The notes under the pieces are model-generated. The model had not been told where the DNA came from. It was given only the letters and a program-made list of their open reading frames with translations, and made no database searches. Source: Eledone cirrhosa (lineage: Eukaryota). From it: DNA of 64,000 nt. The stretch lies in the NCBI GenBank assembly GCA_964016885.1, contig OZ024740.1, positions 386,322,001-386,386,000 on the forward strand. The letters are read 5' to 3'. A program made the position numbers and the translations under genes. Positions 28,107-41,585 of the stretch are shown here, piece after piece (the first letter of the stretch is position 1; each line of letters starts with the position of its first letter).

Positions 28107-29276
28107 GTTAATAATCTGAGATCATAAAAAAGGCTGACAATAAAAATTATCAAAAATTGTGAGTTCACTCTAAACATTATGCCAAAATTCTTTATTATGA
28201 AATGAAACAAAAACTATACAAAATACAAGAATCTTAGGCATGCAATGACCAAATAAAGAGATAAGAAATAAAATCTCAACTAGGAAAATTAAAATCCAGC
28301 TAAATTTAGTTTTCTAAGGATCCTTTTATTAAGTTTAGCACTTTCTTTACCATATTTCTAATGAAAGACACAGCCAATAATTTCCAAATCATTCTGAAAC
28401 TAATTAAGAATTTGGAGGGATATATAACTATCTTCCTCATTATGAAGATATTGGAGCATATTTCTACAAAAGTTCTTACATAAAATCATTTTGGAAAGGG
28501 TTTTAGATAAATGAAAACACTTAACAATAAACAGACTTGTAACATGGAACCAGAGGTGGTTTGATATCAAAAGGATTTAAATGTGTATCGTCATTTTATG
28601 TCTGTGTTAAGTATTGGCATGGGTCGGACATATCATCATCATTTACCCTTTACTGTATAGTTTAAAACTCTGATTTTGGCAATTTAATGTAGGTTGGGAG
28701 GGGGTGACTATTCTCCCATAAACAATAAAAGACAAAAGACCAAGAAAAAGCTAGGTAAAGGTGGTTAGTGCTGATCACAAAACACTGAACCCCACAAAAG
28801 AAATGTTGAAGAAACACTATGAGTTGAGGGTGTATGTGCTGAAAAAGACCTGTCCAACCCATACAAGCAAAAAAAAATAAAATAAAATAAAAATGAATGT
28901 AAAATGATGATGATGAGCCCACTTGTGTTGCACTTAGTAATGTTTTATCAATAAAAGTATTTGTATACATATGTCCTTCTCATAGTATATCTCAGACTAC
29001 ATTATCTAGTAAACTTTAATGTTAAAATGTATATTCCTTTTTTTTTTAAATGTAATTTGAGAGAAATTTGGTCTATCAGATCGAGGACTGTTTTACTGGC
29101 TCATATTGCTATCAGGGAAAATGAACATTAAATGATGACGATGACAATGATGAATAAAATTAGAATTTTTAAAAAACTAATCTGCAACCTCTTAGTACCA
29201 AAAGCTTCATTTTTACTCAAGGACAATTCATTTCTTTCTAAGTTATTAAACGCAAGAATTTACAAATACAACAAGT

Positions 29277-29667
29277 GGAGGCACATGGCTTAGTGGTTAG
29301 AGCATTGGCCTTGCAATCGAAAGGCTGTGAATTCAATTCTCAGACCGGATGATGTGTTGTTTCCTTGAGCAAGACACTTTATTTCACATTGCTCCAGTTT
29401 ACTCAGAAATGAGATGATAGGGACTGGAGTCCCTATCATTCCACTGCAAAGTGGTCGTGGAGGTGTCACGGCAAAAAAGCACCCAGCCCACACTGTAAAG
29501 TGGACGTGTAGGCACCACAGAAAAAAAGCACCCAGCACCCACTGTAAATGCGGTTGGTGTTAGGAAGGGCATCCAGCTGTAGAAATCAAGCCAGAATCAG
29601 TTCCCGTCCCACCCTTGCAAACAGGAAAGCGGACGTATGATGATGATGATGATGCTGATGATGATGA
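29277..29667 (+). mobile_element. SINE family B
   Basis: Near-identical to the 14281 copy, with one extra internal aaaaagcacccagc unit. Confidence 0.9.
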
Positions 29668-29796
29668 ACAAATTAAATGAGTGAAATGGCTCAAATGGGA
29701 ATCATGCCTGCATTGCAGATCTAATAATACATCAAACCCTACTTCCAAATAAATGTCTCTCTGGTGCAAATTCATCTAAGGTTCAATTAAAGTGAT

Positions 29797-29976
29797 AATT
29801 GTTTCTACTTTAGGCACAAGGCCAGCAATTACCCAGCGCATTACTGGTACTTTATTTTTATCGACCCCCGTAAGGATGAAAGGCAAAGTCAACCTCGGCG
29901 GGATTTGAACTCGGATCGTAAAGGGACGTAACTATGCTGGAAAGCATGGCGTCCGACCCTCTACCGATACTGCCAA
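29797..29976 (-). mobile_element. SINE family A
   Basis: Reverse complement nearly identical to 5966-6146. Confidence 0.9.
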
Positions 29977-31897
29977 TAATGTTGCTAAGAACACAATAGA
30001 ATTCAAGTGACATGACTTGAACTCATGATCTTTGAATCAAGTAACCCGAGATCTCAAAGACTCATAAAAATCATGAGAGAATTATAAACAAGTGTGTTTG
30101 CATAGGTGTATGTATATGACTTTATAAGTATGTGTGTGTAAATTTGTATGCATATATGTTTATGTGTATTTCTGTGAGTATTTGTACATTTATATGTGTA
30201 TTTCTATGGATATTTGTAAATTCATATGCACATATTGCATAGATATATTAATTGTAATGGTGTGTCTATATCTGTATGCATCTGTTTATATGTATTTCAT
30301 CATTATTGTCAACTTTTCCATGCTAACATATCTTTTAAAGCAGTTTTTTCTATGAACAGATGCCTTCCCTTATTTTTAAGTACAGTATATACTGCTGGTG
30401 TTTGTCAACTATTCATATACAAATATATCCCTTGTAAAATGGCAAACTCATGCTTGTCTTAACATTCTTCTGCCTAACATAGTAATCCTAAACAGAACTA
30501 TTTCCCATTTACAATACCAAATTCACTAGCTTATACTATTCTTTTTAAATGTAACACTCCAAGATGTAATTATCTACTGCTACCTGCTAGCAAAAAAATA
30601 GTGAAAAATATACTAAATTCACTCTGGTAAATGCTTGCCACAAAATTCTAACATAGAAAAATGAAAATACAGGAGCAAGAATCAACATAAAAATTTGGTG
30701 CTCACTCCTGAATAGGTTTAGCAAGCATCTCATGGGAGAACTATCATGTCGCCATTTTTCTTGTGATAGGAGACAAAATTTGAACTCAGAACGCACAAAA
30801 CTGAAACAATTACTGCAAGGCGTCCCTTCCGCTAATCCACTGCCCTCATCTAGTACTCTATTTATTGACCCCGAAAGACTGAAAGGCAAAGTTGATCGTG
30901 GCAGAATTTGATCTCAGGATTCTGAGTGCCAGAACAAATACTGTAAGGCATTTATTTTGATGCTCCAGTGACTCAGCCAATTTGCCATCTTAACAAACAT
31001 AAAAATTGAAATTAATATATTTGGTTATTTCCTTTCATCAATCAAACAATGCACATTCCTGAAAAATCTGACACAAACTAAGATTGGGCGGAAAAAAAAC
31101 AACTAATAAAATTTACTTTTACTTAATGTTGATTTAGTTGATATACATACAAACACATATCACCATTTTTCATCTGTTTTGCTATGCATGCATGGAGTTC
31201 TCCATCACAGCATCTCACATATAACAGATAGCACTTTTCTGAACCCCCAAGACTATATCTGCAATCTCGGAGACTTGGCCCAAATGCTTGCAGCAGAATA
31301 GATTCCACTTAAGGCTCCTAAGAGCCATGTGGTGGTAGTGAACCATATCCAAGATTAAATCTATGATCCATGTAGGTCACAAAGAGATTTGAACTCAGAA
31401 TGTAAAAAAGCGAGAACAAACACTACAAAGCATTTCAGCCAACACTAACAACTCCACTGACTTGACTGGTACTATATTTTATCAGCTATAAAAGGATGAA
31501 AAATAAAGTTCTAATGAAATACACTGCTTTTGATCTCCAATTAATTTCGAAAATAATTAAGCTCATGTATGAAACATAACTTAAAATTTCTTACTTAAAA
31601 TTTTGTGTACCATAGAACCTTTGTGTACCATGAAAAGTGTTAAGCAGAGTTTTTGTCAACTAACTGCTTCTGTGTAGGAACCACATGCTTTAAAGTCCAA
31701 ATCTACAGATATAATGAAGATAACATGAACACATCTAGAACCTTCATCAATTATTTCTATGACATGCCTATCAACATAAAAACACGAGTAACAACTATAA
31801 CAACAATATGCTATTCTAATTTATGTTCTAAAATGTAATATTCAATTTTCAAAACTATTAAATGTGATTTTTAGAAAGCTTTTTCTTCTTTGCCCAC

Positions 31898-33397
31898 TTA
31901 TTCCTGAGAGGGTGATGAGAGAAGAGTCCTCAAACATTCCTTCCAGCAGGTGCTGTCAGAAACAACTGCTTCCAACTCATCTAGCTGGATCCTCAAGCGA
32001 GACCTGCTAAGCTCATGGATGTTATCCAACCATCTTGTTTGGGTTCTACCCTTGGGTTTTGCCCATAAAATCTGTCCAGTGATTCTTTCTCGAGACATTC
32101 TAACCACATGACCATATTATCTGATTTGTGATCAATTAGTTCAGAGAAGTAGCTGCTCTACCTGAAGCAACTCTCTGATCTCTGAGCTACACACTCTATT
32201 GAGTAATGTTACTCCAAAGACCCTTCAGAGGAACATATTTCAGGCGATCATATTCTTTCAGTCATTACCCAAGATTCATGACCATGGGTAAGGGTTGGCA
32301 CAAATGCTGAATTGAAGATAGCGAGTTTGGCTTTTACACCTACCTCACTTCTGATTACCAAATGACAAAGCTGACACATTACTGCACCAGCTTTTGCAAT
32401 TCTTGCACTTAATTCAGCCTCCTGCCTTCCATCACTAGTGAACAAGACCCTGAGATACTTGAACCTCTCCACCTGCTTCAGTGGAACTCCATTCATATCT
32501 AGAGTGTGCTGCACGTGCTTTCTTGAGAAGACGAGTGTCTCAGTTTTCGCAGCACTGATTTTCATTCCAGTCATGCAGCACTCGGCATCAAACCTATCAA
32601 GTGCAAATCGGGGATCACTTTCTGATCCCCTAAATCCAATCACAACCACATCTTCTGGTGTACATAAGGTGTATCTGGGGGGAGCAATGACTAATCTCTC
32701 GGAAGCTGAGATCACAAGAGTAATTAAAGAGCTCAAATGTGGCCAGGCTGCTGGGCAAGATGAAATTCAGCCTGAGATGTTAAAAAACTTAAATAGAGAA
32801 GGGGTATTCTCTGACTGACTTGTGTGTGCCAGGTTGTCTGAATCTCTGGAAAGGCACCTAAGCAATGGCAGTTGGGCGTGATAATCCCAATTTTCAAAAA
32901 GGGAGACAAGAGAGATTGCTCCAATTATAGAGGGATCTCCTTGTTAAGCCTCGCTGGTAAAGTCTATGCTAAGTGTTTGGCAAAGAGATGTAGGGACATT
33001 ACACAGAACAGCCAACCAAATATTCACTGTGGCAGGTCTTTGCGAAATTGTGGGAATAATGCCAAGAGGAGTATTCTTGTTTTGTAGGCCTCAAAAAGGC
33101 ATATGACTGCATTCCTCGAGACCTGCTGTGGAAGGTTCTGCAGGAGTATGGAATCGATGGTCAGCTTCTTGCTGCTCTAATGTCTCTACACGAATGCCCG
33201 AGTATTTATAGTCAGATAAATGGTGCTAAATTGAAACAATTCAATGTGGGAGTTGGACTCCGCCAAGAGTGCGTACTGTCACTTCTCCTGTTCATTAATT
33301 TCATGAACAGGATTGGCATGTGAAACTGGATTGGAAGTAATATCAAGACTGACCGGTGTAAAATCAGTCAGCTGGGATTTGCAGACGATATGGTATT
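31898..33397. mobile_element. RTE LINE with 5' inversion
   Basis: 31898-~32628 (-) encodes the RT C-terminal half (GMKISAAKT, FKYL, LTHGHESW). ~32630-33397 (+) encodes the preceding part (AAGQDEI, PIFKKGD..CSNYRGISLLS, GFADDMV). Confidence 0.9.
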
Positions 33398-33989
33398 TTT
33401 TTGAAATATCAAAATGAAATTTTCAAGAACCTAATAAAGTTATGAAAAACCAAATTCTTTTTATTTAAATAAATCATCACTTAGTTAACTTTTAAAAAAG
33501 AAAACACACACAAAAAAGTTATCCCTTTTGATGCAAACCTGCCCTGGTTCTACAATATAAAACTGTTTGCATTAAAGTGCTTATCACCATTATTGTTTTA
33601 CATGCTAGCATGGGTTGGATGGGTTATCATATTCAGAGACTATGACAGGCTAAATGGCCATGTCTTGCTCATACTTTCCATTTTTAAATGGTTTCTTACA
33701 GCTGAATGCCCTTCCAAATGCCAATCACTTTACAGGTAAGTACTGGGTGCAATTTATCATGGCACCAGCACTGTCTAACAACCTTCCATCATAATGAGAT
33801 AAGTAGTTATATTACTAAATTACTTCAAATTCTTGATTATTTTCAAAATTATTCGAAAATCATAAACTGTTTTTCATTTAAAATATGTTAAATTATGAGT
33901 GCCCCACTTCAAGGTCCAAAGAACTATAGTACTAACACCAACCATTTGATTCTCGTTCTACAGTAGTCAGAATTACCACATATACATTA

Positions 33990-34330
33990 ACTTACTAACA
34001 AGATAACCCTCTTCCCATCTGTGGGAGGTAAATCTCTCATCTGTGACACCACATTCTGTGAAATGTTCTGATTGAAAATTTGTCATTTCAACCATAAATT
34101 CAGCCACTGCTACCAGTAACGCAGAGAAGAAGATAGCTAAATACCCAAGACTTAACCACTTCCTTTTCATGCCAGTCACCATTGAGACCTCTGGTATCCT
34201 CAGTTCCTGAACTGCCATTTTCCTCCACAAAATGAGGAGGGCATCCTGCTTGAAGGAGTCCCGTGAGGTGAAGTGTCTAATACTGCAAGTGTTGCTAGCT
34301 GTTCTCTGTGGCATGTCTTCGCCATTTCGT
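33990..34330 (+). mobile_element. Decayed restriction-like-endonuclease (RLE) tail of a CRE/NeSL/R2-group retrotransposon
   Basis: Frameshifted translation ITLFPSVGGKSLICDTT...NAEKKIAKYPRLNHFLFMPVTIETSGI matches the RLE pattern TL.PW..GK.L.WD.T / AE..K..KY / F.P...ET.G. Confidence 0.55.
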
Positions 34331-34416
34331 TCTGGAGTGTACAACTGAGATATTCCATCTAGACTGGTGTGTAAAGTATGCTGCTCCCTTCCCTAGAATG
34401 AGGTGCAGAATTTGCT

Positions 34417-34452
<36 letters not shown>

Positions 34453-35394
34453 TACTTTCGCTATTTAATTTTTTTCCTTCTTTTTTTAAATAGACAAACG
34501 TTGATGAATCGTATACTTTTTAATAAAGCTATATATTTCCATTAACATTAAACATGCTTGCATTGCCCACTATTTTCATCATCTGTCAACAGTAATTCAA
34601 TGGTAATGTGGATCAACAAACTTGATTTCTCTATTCCACGTCTTAAGGCCTTATGATAAACACCAATAATGTGTAATGGCATCCAGAACTACCATCAGCA
34701 TCGATTTATCAAGATTGAACAAAATATGGTATACACACTTAAATAGAATAAGAGTAAATTTTATTGATAAAACATTATTAAATAACGTTTTAAACAAAAT
34801 TTCTATATGCTGCCAGGTAAATCATGCAAATAATTTAGTCCACTGAGAACTTTTTGTACTTAATATTTGCCGTTGAACTAAAGGTAGCTTATTTTGCAAA
34901 ATCTGAAAGTTCATATATAAACAAAAAATTTCAATTTATTTTCAAAGCTAATTTTTGTGGAAGGGATAAAGTTGATCCTCCTATTGATGTTAAATATTCT
35001 TTAGCAGTAAAAAAAATATAATAGACTATCGGGGTTTTAGCTCAGAAACGGGAAACCACAAACCAAATATCGGAAAGCACCCGTATGTCTAGCAAATAGA
35101 GTAGTTATTCTGAAGTGACATGAAATTACTATAATAATAATAATGGCCATCAATTTCGGGGGGGGGGGGGAATAAATCGACTCCAATGCGTTACTGGTAC
35201 TTTGTTTTATCGACTACGTAAGGATGAAAGGCATAATAATTATGATTATCAATATTATTATTATTTCTTTTTTAATAAGAATAACAATGATGGTTTCTTT
35301 GGCAGATATGAGGTCACAAATAATAAAAAATAAATAAACATATATGTTTGCATATCAAACAAGAATTATTGCTTTCTGACAAATCGTTTTGTAG

Positions 35395-35575
35395 GGAAAT
35401 TAAGGCATAAACTTCTAAGCTATCACAATTTTCGTGGAATGTTGTCGACGAGGCGGATGAACTACTATACATCCTGACAAAGAACTTAGGTGTCGCATCT
35501 GTGGACCTGGCGGTATTTGAACGATGTATAAAACTATCAGATCTCACTCTCTCTCTCCTAACATATTCGGCATAG
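35395..35575 (+). other. Candidate terminal coding exon
   Basis: The ttttgtag acceptor gives KLRHKLLSYHNFRGMLSTRRMNYYTS* (stop at 35477). An alternative acceptor at 35419 gives LSQFSWNVVDEADELLYILTKNLGVASVDLAVFERCIKLSDLTLSLLTYSA*. Confidence 0.3.
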
Positions 35576-37448
35576 ACAAGGAAAGAAATTTGCTCAATGC
35601 GTGGCGTAAAATCAGCATTAAAAGGTGTTGTCTGAATGATATAGTAGTTAATTTAGTTATAGAAGTGATGCAAATGGTTGCTAGTTGTCGTGGTCAAAAT
35701 AGATAGCTAATACGATATAGCTGCAAAGTAATGTGTGGTCGATGCGTCCTGAATAGAAAAAAAAACTTTAGTGATGAAAGAGTAAAAATGTCGATAAAGT
35801 ATAAACGTGCGCGCATCGAGTGGCGGCACATAAACTGACAATAGCGCTTACACCTGGCCATACATTCTAATACATACACACACAAAGTTTGGGCCATACA
35901 TAAAGAAATTGGATTCAAAGCAATTGACTTAGACACATTTGATTTTACAGAAAGTTCAAAAACTAGGATGAATTAAAATTTGAAAAATATCAAACATGCA
36001 TGTGTCGCCGACAGAGTGGGGCTGAGAGTAATAAGTTTATGTAAATAAGGCAGAGCTAGCAATGTATAAGCTGATTACTGTCACAAAGGATGCAGACAGT
36101 GAGTGTGTATGCTGTAACTATCCTTTTGTGGAATCCCAAAAGGAATCGATATATTCAGACAGTTAAAGGGACAAACAACCCACGTGCTCACTCATACACA
36201 AGTATTATTTGTATGTATAAACACTCAATCGCTCGAACACACATTCCATTCATATGATGAAACTAGATTTATATTTTCTTTTTTCCTTAATAAATTATCG
36301 GGATTCAAACAAGAAAAGTTTCACCTCAAATCGAAACGAAACTAGAAATAAAGATTTTTAAAAAGTTATATGAATATTGCCCCTCCACCTCTGACTAACA
36401 AATAAAATATTTATTTATATACGATATGCACTGAATAGGAAAAAAGTTGATTGATTTTATAATTTATATATATGTGTGTGTGTGTGTATATATATATATG
36501 TATAATATTAACTATAGATATGCGTGTGATGGATAACAAAATGAAATAAGATAAAGTGGCTTATAAAAATCTAAGTAACATCAATCACAGCCATTGCGAT
36601 TGTTCCTGCTAACTTTTTACAAGGGTAAAAGAATCTCAAGTTTTATCGCCATGCATGGCATTTAATATCTATCATCTACCGCTACACGACTATACATATA
36701 TACACACATACACACACATAGTCAAGCCAGTATTATGCTGGCTGTTGAATCTAATAATTTAATGTAATGCAATGTCCACTACAGATATTTAAAACAGTTA
36801 GTTGCATGTGCCAAAAAAAATGGTAAAGATAATGCAGTACATTAACAGAAATGAACAAAATACTAATCAAAATGAATAAAACAAATCTCACTTTTAACAC
36901 CTACACATGTAGGTTGATAAATGGTAGATTACAAAGTAGAAGTCGTCAGGGGCCATTCTTACATAAAAAAAAAAGGTGGCCAGGAGGAACTTACTTATTC
37001 ATTGCACATGCATAACGATTTAGTGGGAGAAAGCAGTGAAAGAATAACGGGAAAAGTAAATATTTATATTTATTAAATTAAAACTCGTCAATGTCTGAAG
37101 CAGATAAAGATAGGGGAATATTATTTATCGATATAATGTACTCACAGCCAACTTTGAAAAAATAAGCAAACAGAATCGAGAAATCATTAGAGTTGACTTG
37201 ACCATGCTTCAAAACAAATTTACCCAACCGTTTACCTACACCTATCTACAAGCATATCTTTCTATATATATATATACACACACAGTTCATTTAGTCTTTA
37301 TATATATAAACACTAAATGAACTGTTACAATACAAAAACTACTGATCGATGGACACGACTATTCTATAACGTAAATCTACATAAGTATTTTGCTATGCTA
37401 AAATTGGTCAGATAAATCAAATCAATATGTAATAATAACTTATACCGA

Positions 37449-37497
<49 letters not shown>

Positions 37498-38399
37498 CAT
37501 ACATACATACACATATATACAAAACAATGTATAAATATATGCGTGTATGAATGTGCGATCCCACTGATCTTTCGTGTGTATGCATGCATGCATGTTGTGT
37601 TGCTATATTTTTTATTGCCCCGCTACCTGATTTTCGTGCACCATTGCTTCGTCATTCCGCCAGCATAGCTGATGTTATTTCAGAGAAAGCTCAAAGAAAC
37701 AAACCCACCATATATAAACATAACACATGAGAAGATACAGTGAATATTATTATTATTGACAATGAAACTTGGAATTACGATGAAAGAGATAAGGCACAGA
37801 CGCACAAATCACAACAGTTTTATACTGTTTTGCTCTTTATAAGTTGGCTTTACTAGAACATATCGAAACCGCAAGCATTTCTTCATAACAGTTGTCTTAC
37901 GGTTTGTGTATGTGTGTTCGTGATTAAAATATTTCGTGTATTTACTATTATTCTTCTGGGTGTTGCTTTAAGTTTCAGGTTATAATGGCCATAATTGTTA
38001 TTAACATGCCTCATCTCGTAACACATGCCTGTACCATTGTACTGTATGTGTACATATTTTTTTTTTAATGCTGTGCACACAGTTAACTGTGTAAAAATAT
38101 TAATTGTATAATATATTGTCAGTGACTTCATGAATATTATGTAAGTGCATTTGGGTGTATATGTGTAGGTATATTTCTGTGTATATAACTACATCAATGT
38201 TTTCATAGCTACAAAATGTCATCAAGTTGACCAAAACATACGTAGACACATAATAGTTATAAAGAATTGTGGAGAGAAACAGGGAAATAACTGGCTACTG
38301 AAAACAAATCAACAACTAGATGAACACATTCGATTTGGTAAGAGCGAGCGGATGAAATAACCTGCAAATAAACTATCAATTAAAATTATACAAAGTGTG

Positions 38400-38439
<40 letters not shown>

Positions 38440-38915
38440 TCAGTAGTATTTAGGTGGATAGATAGAAAGATATGTATGTGAAAGTAATAGTTAAATAACG
38501 TGTGTCAAGGAGTGTCAGAGCAAGAAAGACAGGTACACACATAAGAAGAGAAAAGCCTACCGAAGTGAGAGAGGGGAAAAAGTAAAAGTGGGGAAAGATA
38601 TAGACACATATATATATAAATATTATATATAAGCAGAAGGGGTATTCAATTTGTTGGTAATTCAACAAATATAAATGTTTATAACTGATTCAGAGCACTC
38701 AATAGATATTATATATATATATTTATACATACGTGTGTGTATATATACGTGTGTGCGTGTATATATATATATTTATATATATATGTACATATATATATGT
38801 ATGTATGTATGTGTGTGGAGGGAGAGAAGAGTAAAGGATACAGTGAAATGAAGAGTGAAAGAAAAAAACAGCTGCAAGCAGAAGAAAAGATATAGTGATA
38901 AATACAGGTCCTTAC

Positions 38916-38942
38916 CTCATAGATACAGTTTGCCGCCATAGC
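38916..38942 (-). other. Candidate 27-nt microexon
   Basis: tattttatag|GCTATGGCGGCAAACTGTATCTATGAG|gtaagg; phase 0-0 reading AMAANCIYE. Confidence 0.35.
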
Positions 38943-39827
38943 CTATAAAATACACCATGAGACAGAAGGAAGTATCGGGCCAGAAAAAAAAAAGACCAAC
39001 TTAAGCTTCTTTCCCGACTGTTTCTCCTGTTCTTGCTCTTATTCTTACTGTTCTTGTTCCTGTTATCGCCGTCGTCGTTATTATCATCATCATCGACGCT
39101 GATATTATTAGCTTTCCTTATTAGTTCTCTCTCCTCCCTCTCTTTCTCCTTTCATTTTCTAATGATTTTTAAAAAATTATTTTAAATATATTTTAGGAGT
39201 TTTTTCGTGGTGGTGGTGGAGGAGGGGTGGGCTATTTTGTTAAGCTGTGTTGATAATGTCTTTTTTAAGCAGTCGTCAACATATACGTGTATATTTCTAA
39301 TAAACCAAATTAAAAAAAAAGCTTCAAAGTTTAAGATGTATATTATATGTGAGTGCGTATGTGTATGGAATAAGTAGTCGATTCAATGGGAGAAAATTGT
39401 TGAGATGGAACACATCAAGCAACATAAATCCAGGCATTGATAAATTTGAAGAAGGAAGGAAATAAGGAATGAGGTAAAGGCGGAGAGAAAGAAGTAGGAT
39501 GAGGAGAGTGAGACGAGGGAAAGGGACGGACAGAGTTAGCTGAATCATATACACGCGCGCTCATATACAATCACACACTCACTTACATATATTTATATAT
39601 ACACACACATATGTATATGTATACACACACACATATATATATTTATATATATATATGCATGCAAAATAAGATAACGACATTGTCACACATGGGATCTATT
39701 TACATCAGAGGTCCTCGATTTATTAATGTATCAATATTTAGCAAGCACTCATTTTTTTACGCGCGTCTATCACATCTATTATAATTTCAACTACGCTTAG
39801 AAAGCATTATAGGAGTATCAAATCGAC

Positions 39828-39990
39828 ACCAGTTTTTTTACTGGTACTTATTTTAACGAATCCGGAAACATGAAAGGTAAAGTAAACATCGGCGGGATTT
39901 GAACTCAAAGTGTAAAGCACCGTGATTAATAACTATAAGCAAGTATTTTATCCAATGCTCTAACGGTTCTACTAACCCACTGCCTTACCA
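39828..39990 (-). mobile_element. SINE family A, diverged
   Basis: ctggtacttatttt...ggcgggatttgaactc. Confidence 0.75.
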
Positions 39991-40328
39991 TAAAGGCGTG
40001 TGCATGCGTCGTTATATCATGTCCATTGTTGGCTTTAAAGACGATCCATTCCCATACTGCATTTTCTACATTTCGCAAGAAATTTTAATTAATTGATCTT
40101 ATTGGAGTTACCTTACCTGCTTGTTTTAAGATTATAAACTTCCTCAGGGAGGATTTTTCAACTACTTGTATAAGTAGACCTTCCCCTATTTGCATACAAT
40201 ACAAACGGAATATTTTCCTTAAACCACATTGTTGATATCCGTAAATCAGCCCCACTACATTATATATATATATATAGTAATAATAATAATAAGTAAGGAT
40301 GAGGTGTCAAATTATCATTAATTTTATT

Positions 40329-40421
40329 CAGGTATGACGCACGTTTCGCGATTGATCAGCTCCAGGTTCGATCTTTATCGATCGGGCCCGACTCTGGAAT
40401 CAAAAGCTCATCAAACTTCTG
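40329..40421 (-). ncRNA. Type I hammerhead motif, long stem II, decayed
   Basis: UUGAUGA-GC...GC-GAAA-C-GUGC-GUC, followed by AAUAAA. Stem I is imperfect. Confidence 0.55.
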
Positions 40422-41407
40422 TTTGCTCAATGACTGTATGTATATGTGTATATACATATGTGTGTGTGTAATATAATTAAAATACCATAAGTGTTTAGTG
40501 TATGAAATGTTAATTATATTAAATAAGATCTCTTGCAATAGATTGAGCATCATTATCTACAGATATTCTGCATACACACACACATACATATATGTATATG
40601 TATGTATGTGCTTATGTATATGTGTGTATATATATATATATGTGTGTGTGTATCTCTTGTTTGTTTTATACATACACACACATATATATATATATACATA
40701 CATACACACACATTAATCACTCTTTGATAACAATGGAATATACTTTGCTGAGGAGGTTAAATAATATCAAAATTTATCTTTTGCAGTCACCAGTTGGCTT
40801 TAGAGACTATGCTGTATATTCTATATTTTTCCACAAATTTCAATTAACTATCATATATCTCGCGCTTGTGTTCTTTTTATTATTATTTTGAGCCTTCTAT
40901 AGATGATTTTTTTTTTTTTTTTTGCTTTTGTTTACTAAGCGCAGTCTCAATCGAAGTTTTTTTTTCATACTATAGTACATATTTGAGATTCTACCGTAGA
41001 TACGTATGTACTTGTGCATTTGCGTACCACGACCACGGTAAACACTACACATTACACATTGTTAAACAAAAAATGCGATCCTCTCGTCCTACTCTACAGG
41101 AACTATATTGCTGATCAGATCACAGGAAGTGCGTCGAAACAAATCTTTAACCCAAAAAATAAAGATGAATATAAAATATATTTATCAGTTTTTGTGTGTT
41201 ATTTTACTGGCCTGTGGGATTGAGATTTTACTTTGCCACCAACAACAGGGTCATGATTTACCAGGCCATGGACATGTTCAGCTCATCTGTTATGGATACT
41301 GTTCCGATCTATGACTAACTCTGAGCCACCCGACAAAAGCATAAGCGAAGAACTATTTACTTGTGGGATGTAGACAGTTTTTAGACCTTCAGAAATAGAT
41401 TTCATAT

Positions 41408-41585
41408 TTGGCAGTATCTGTAGAGAGTCGGACACCATGCTTTGTAGCATAAATCCCGCCGAGATTAACTTTGCCTTTCATCCTTACGGGTCAATAAAAT
41501 AAAGCACCAATAACACACTGGGGTCGATTTAATCGACTTTCCCTCCCCCAAATGACTGGCCTTCTGCCTATACTAGAAATCATAT
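41408..41585 (+). mobile_element. SINE family A with internal deletion
   Basis: ttggcagtatc...ttgcctttcatccttacggg...tagaaatcatatt. Confidence 0.8.

Noticed and set aside
35420-35575. DEAD-box helicase (VVDEAD)
   Set aside because: No other helicase motifs nearby; a short match can arise by chance.
40088-40260. U1 snRNA-like start (cttacctg)
   Set aside because: Only the donor-complementary heptamer matches; there are no U1 stem-loops or Sm site. It is better read as a minus-strand splice donor.
41105-41150. CUGAUCA...GAAAC motif
   Set aside because: Position 8 cannot pair with C3, and stems I and III are absent.
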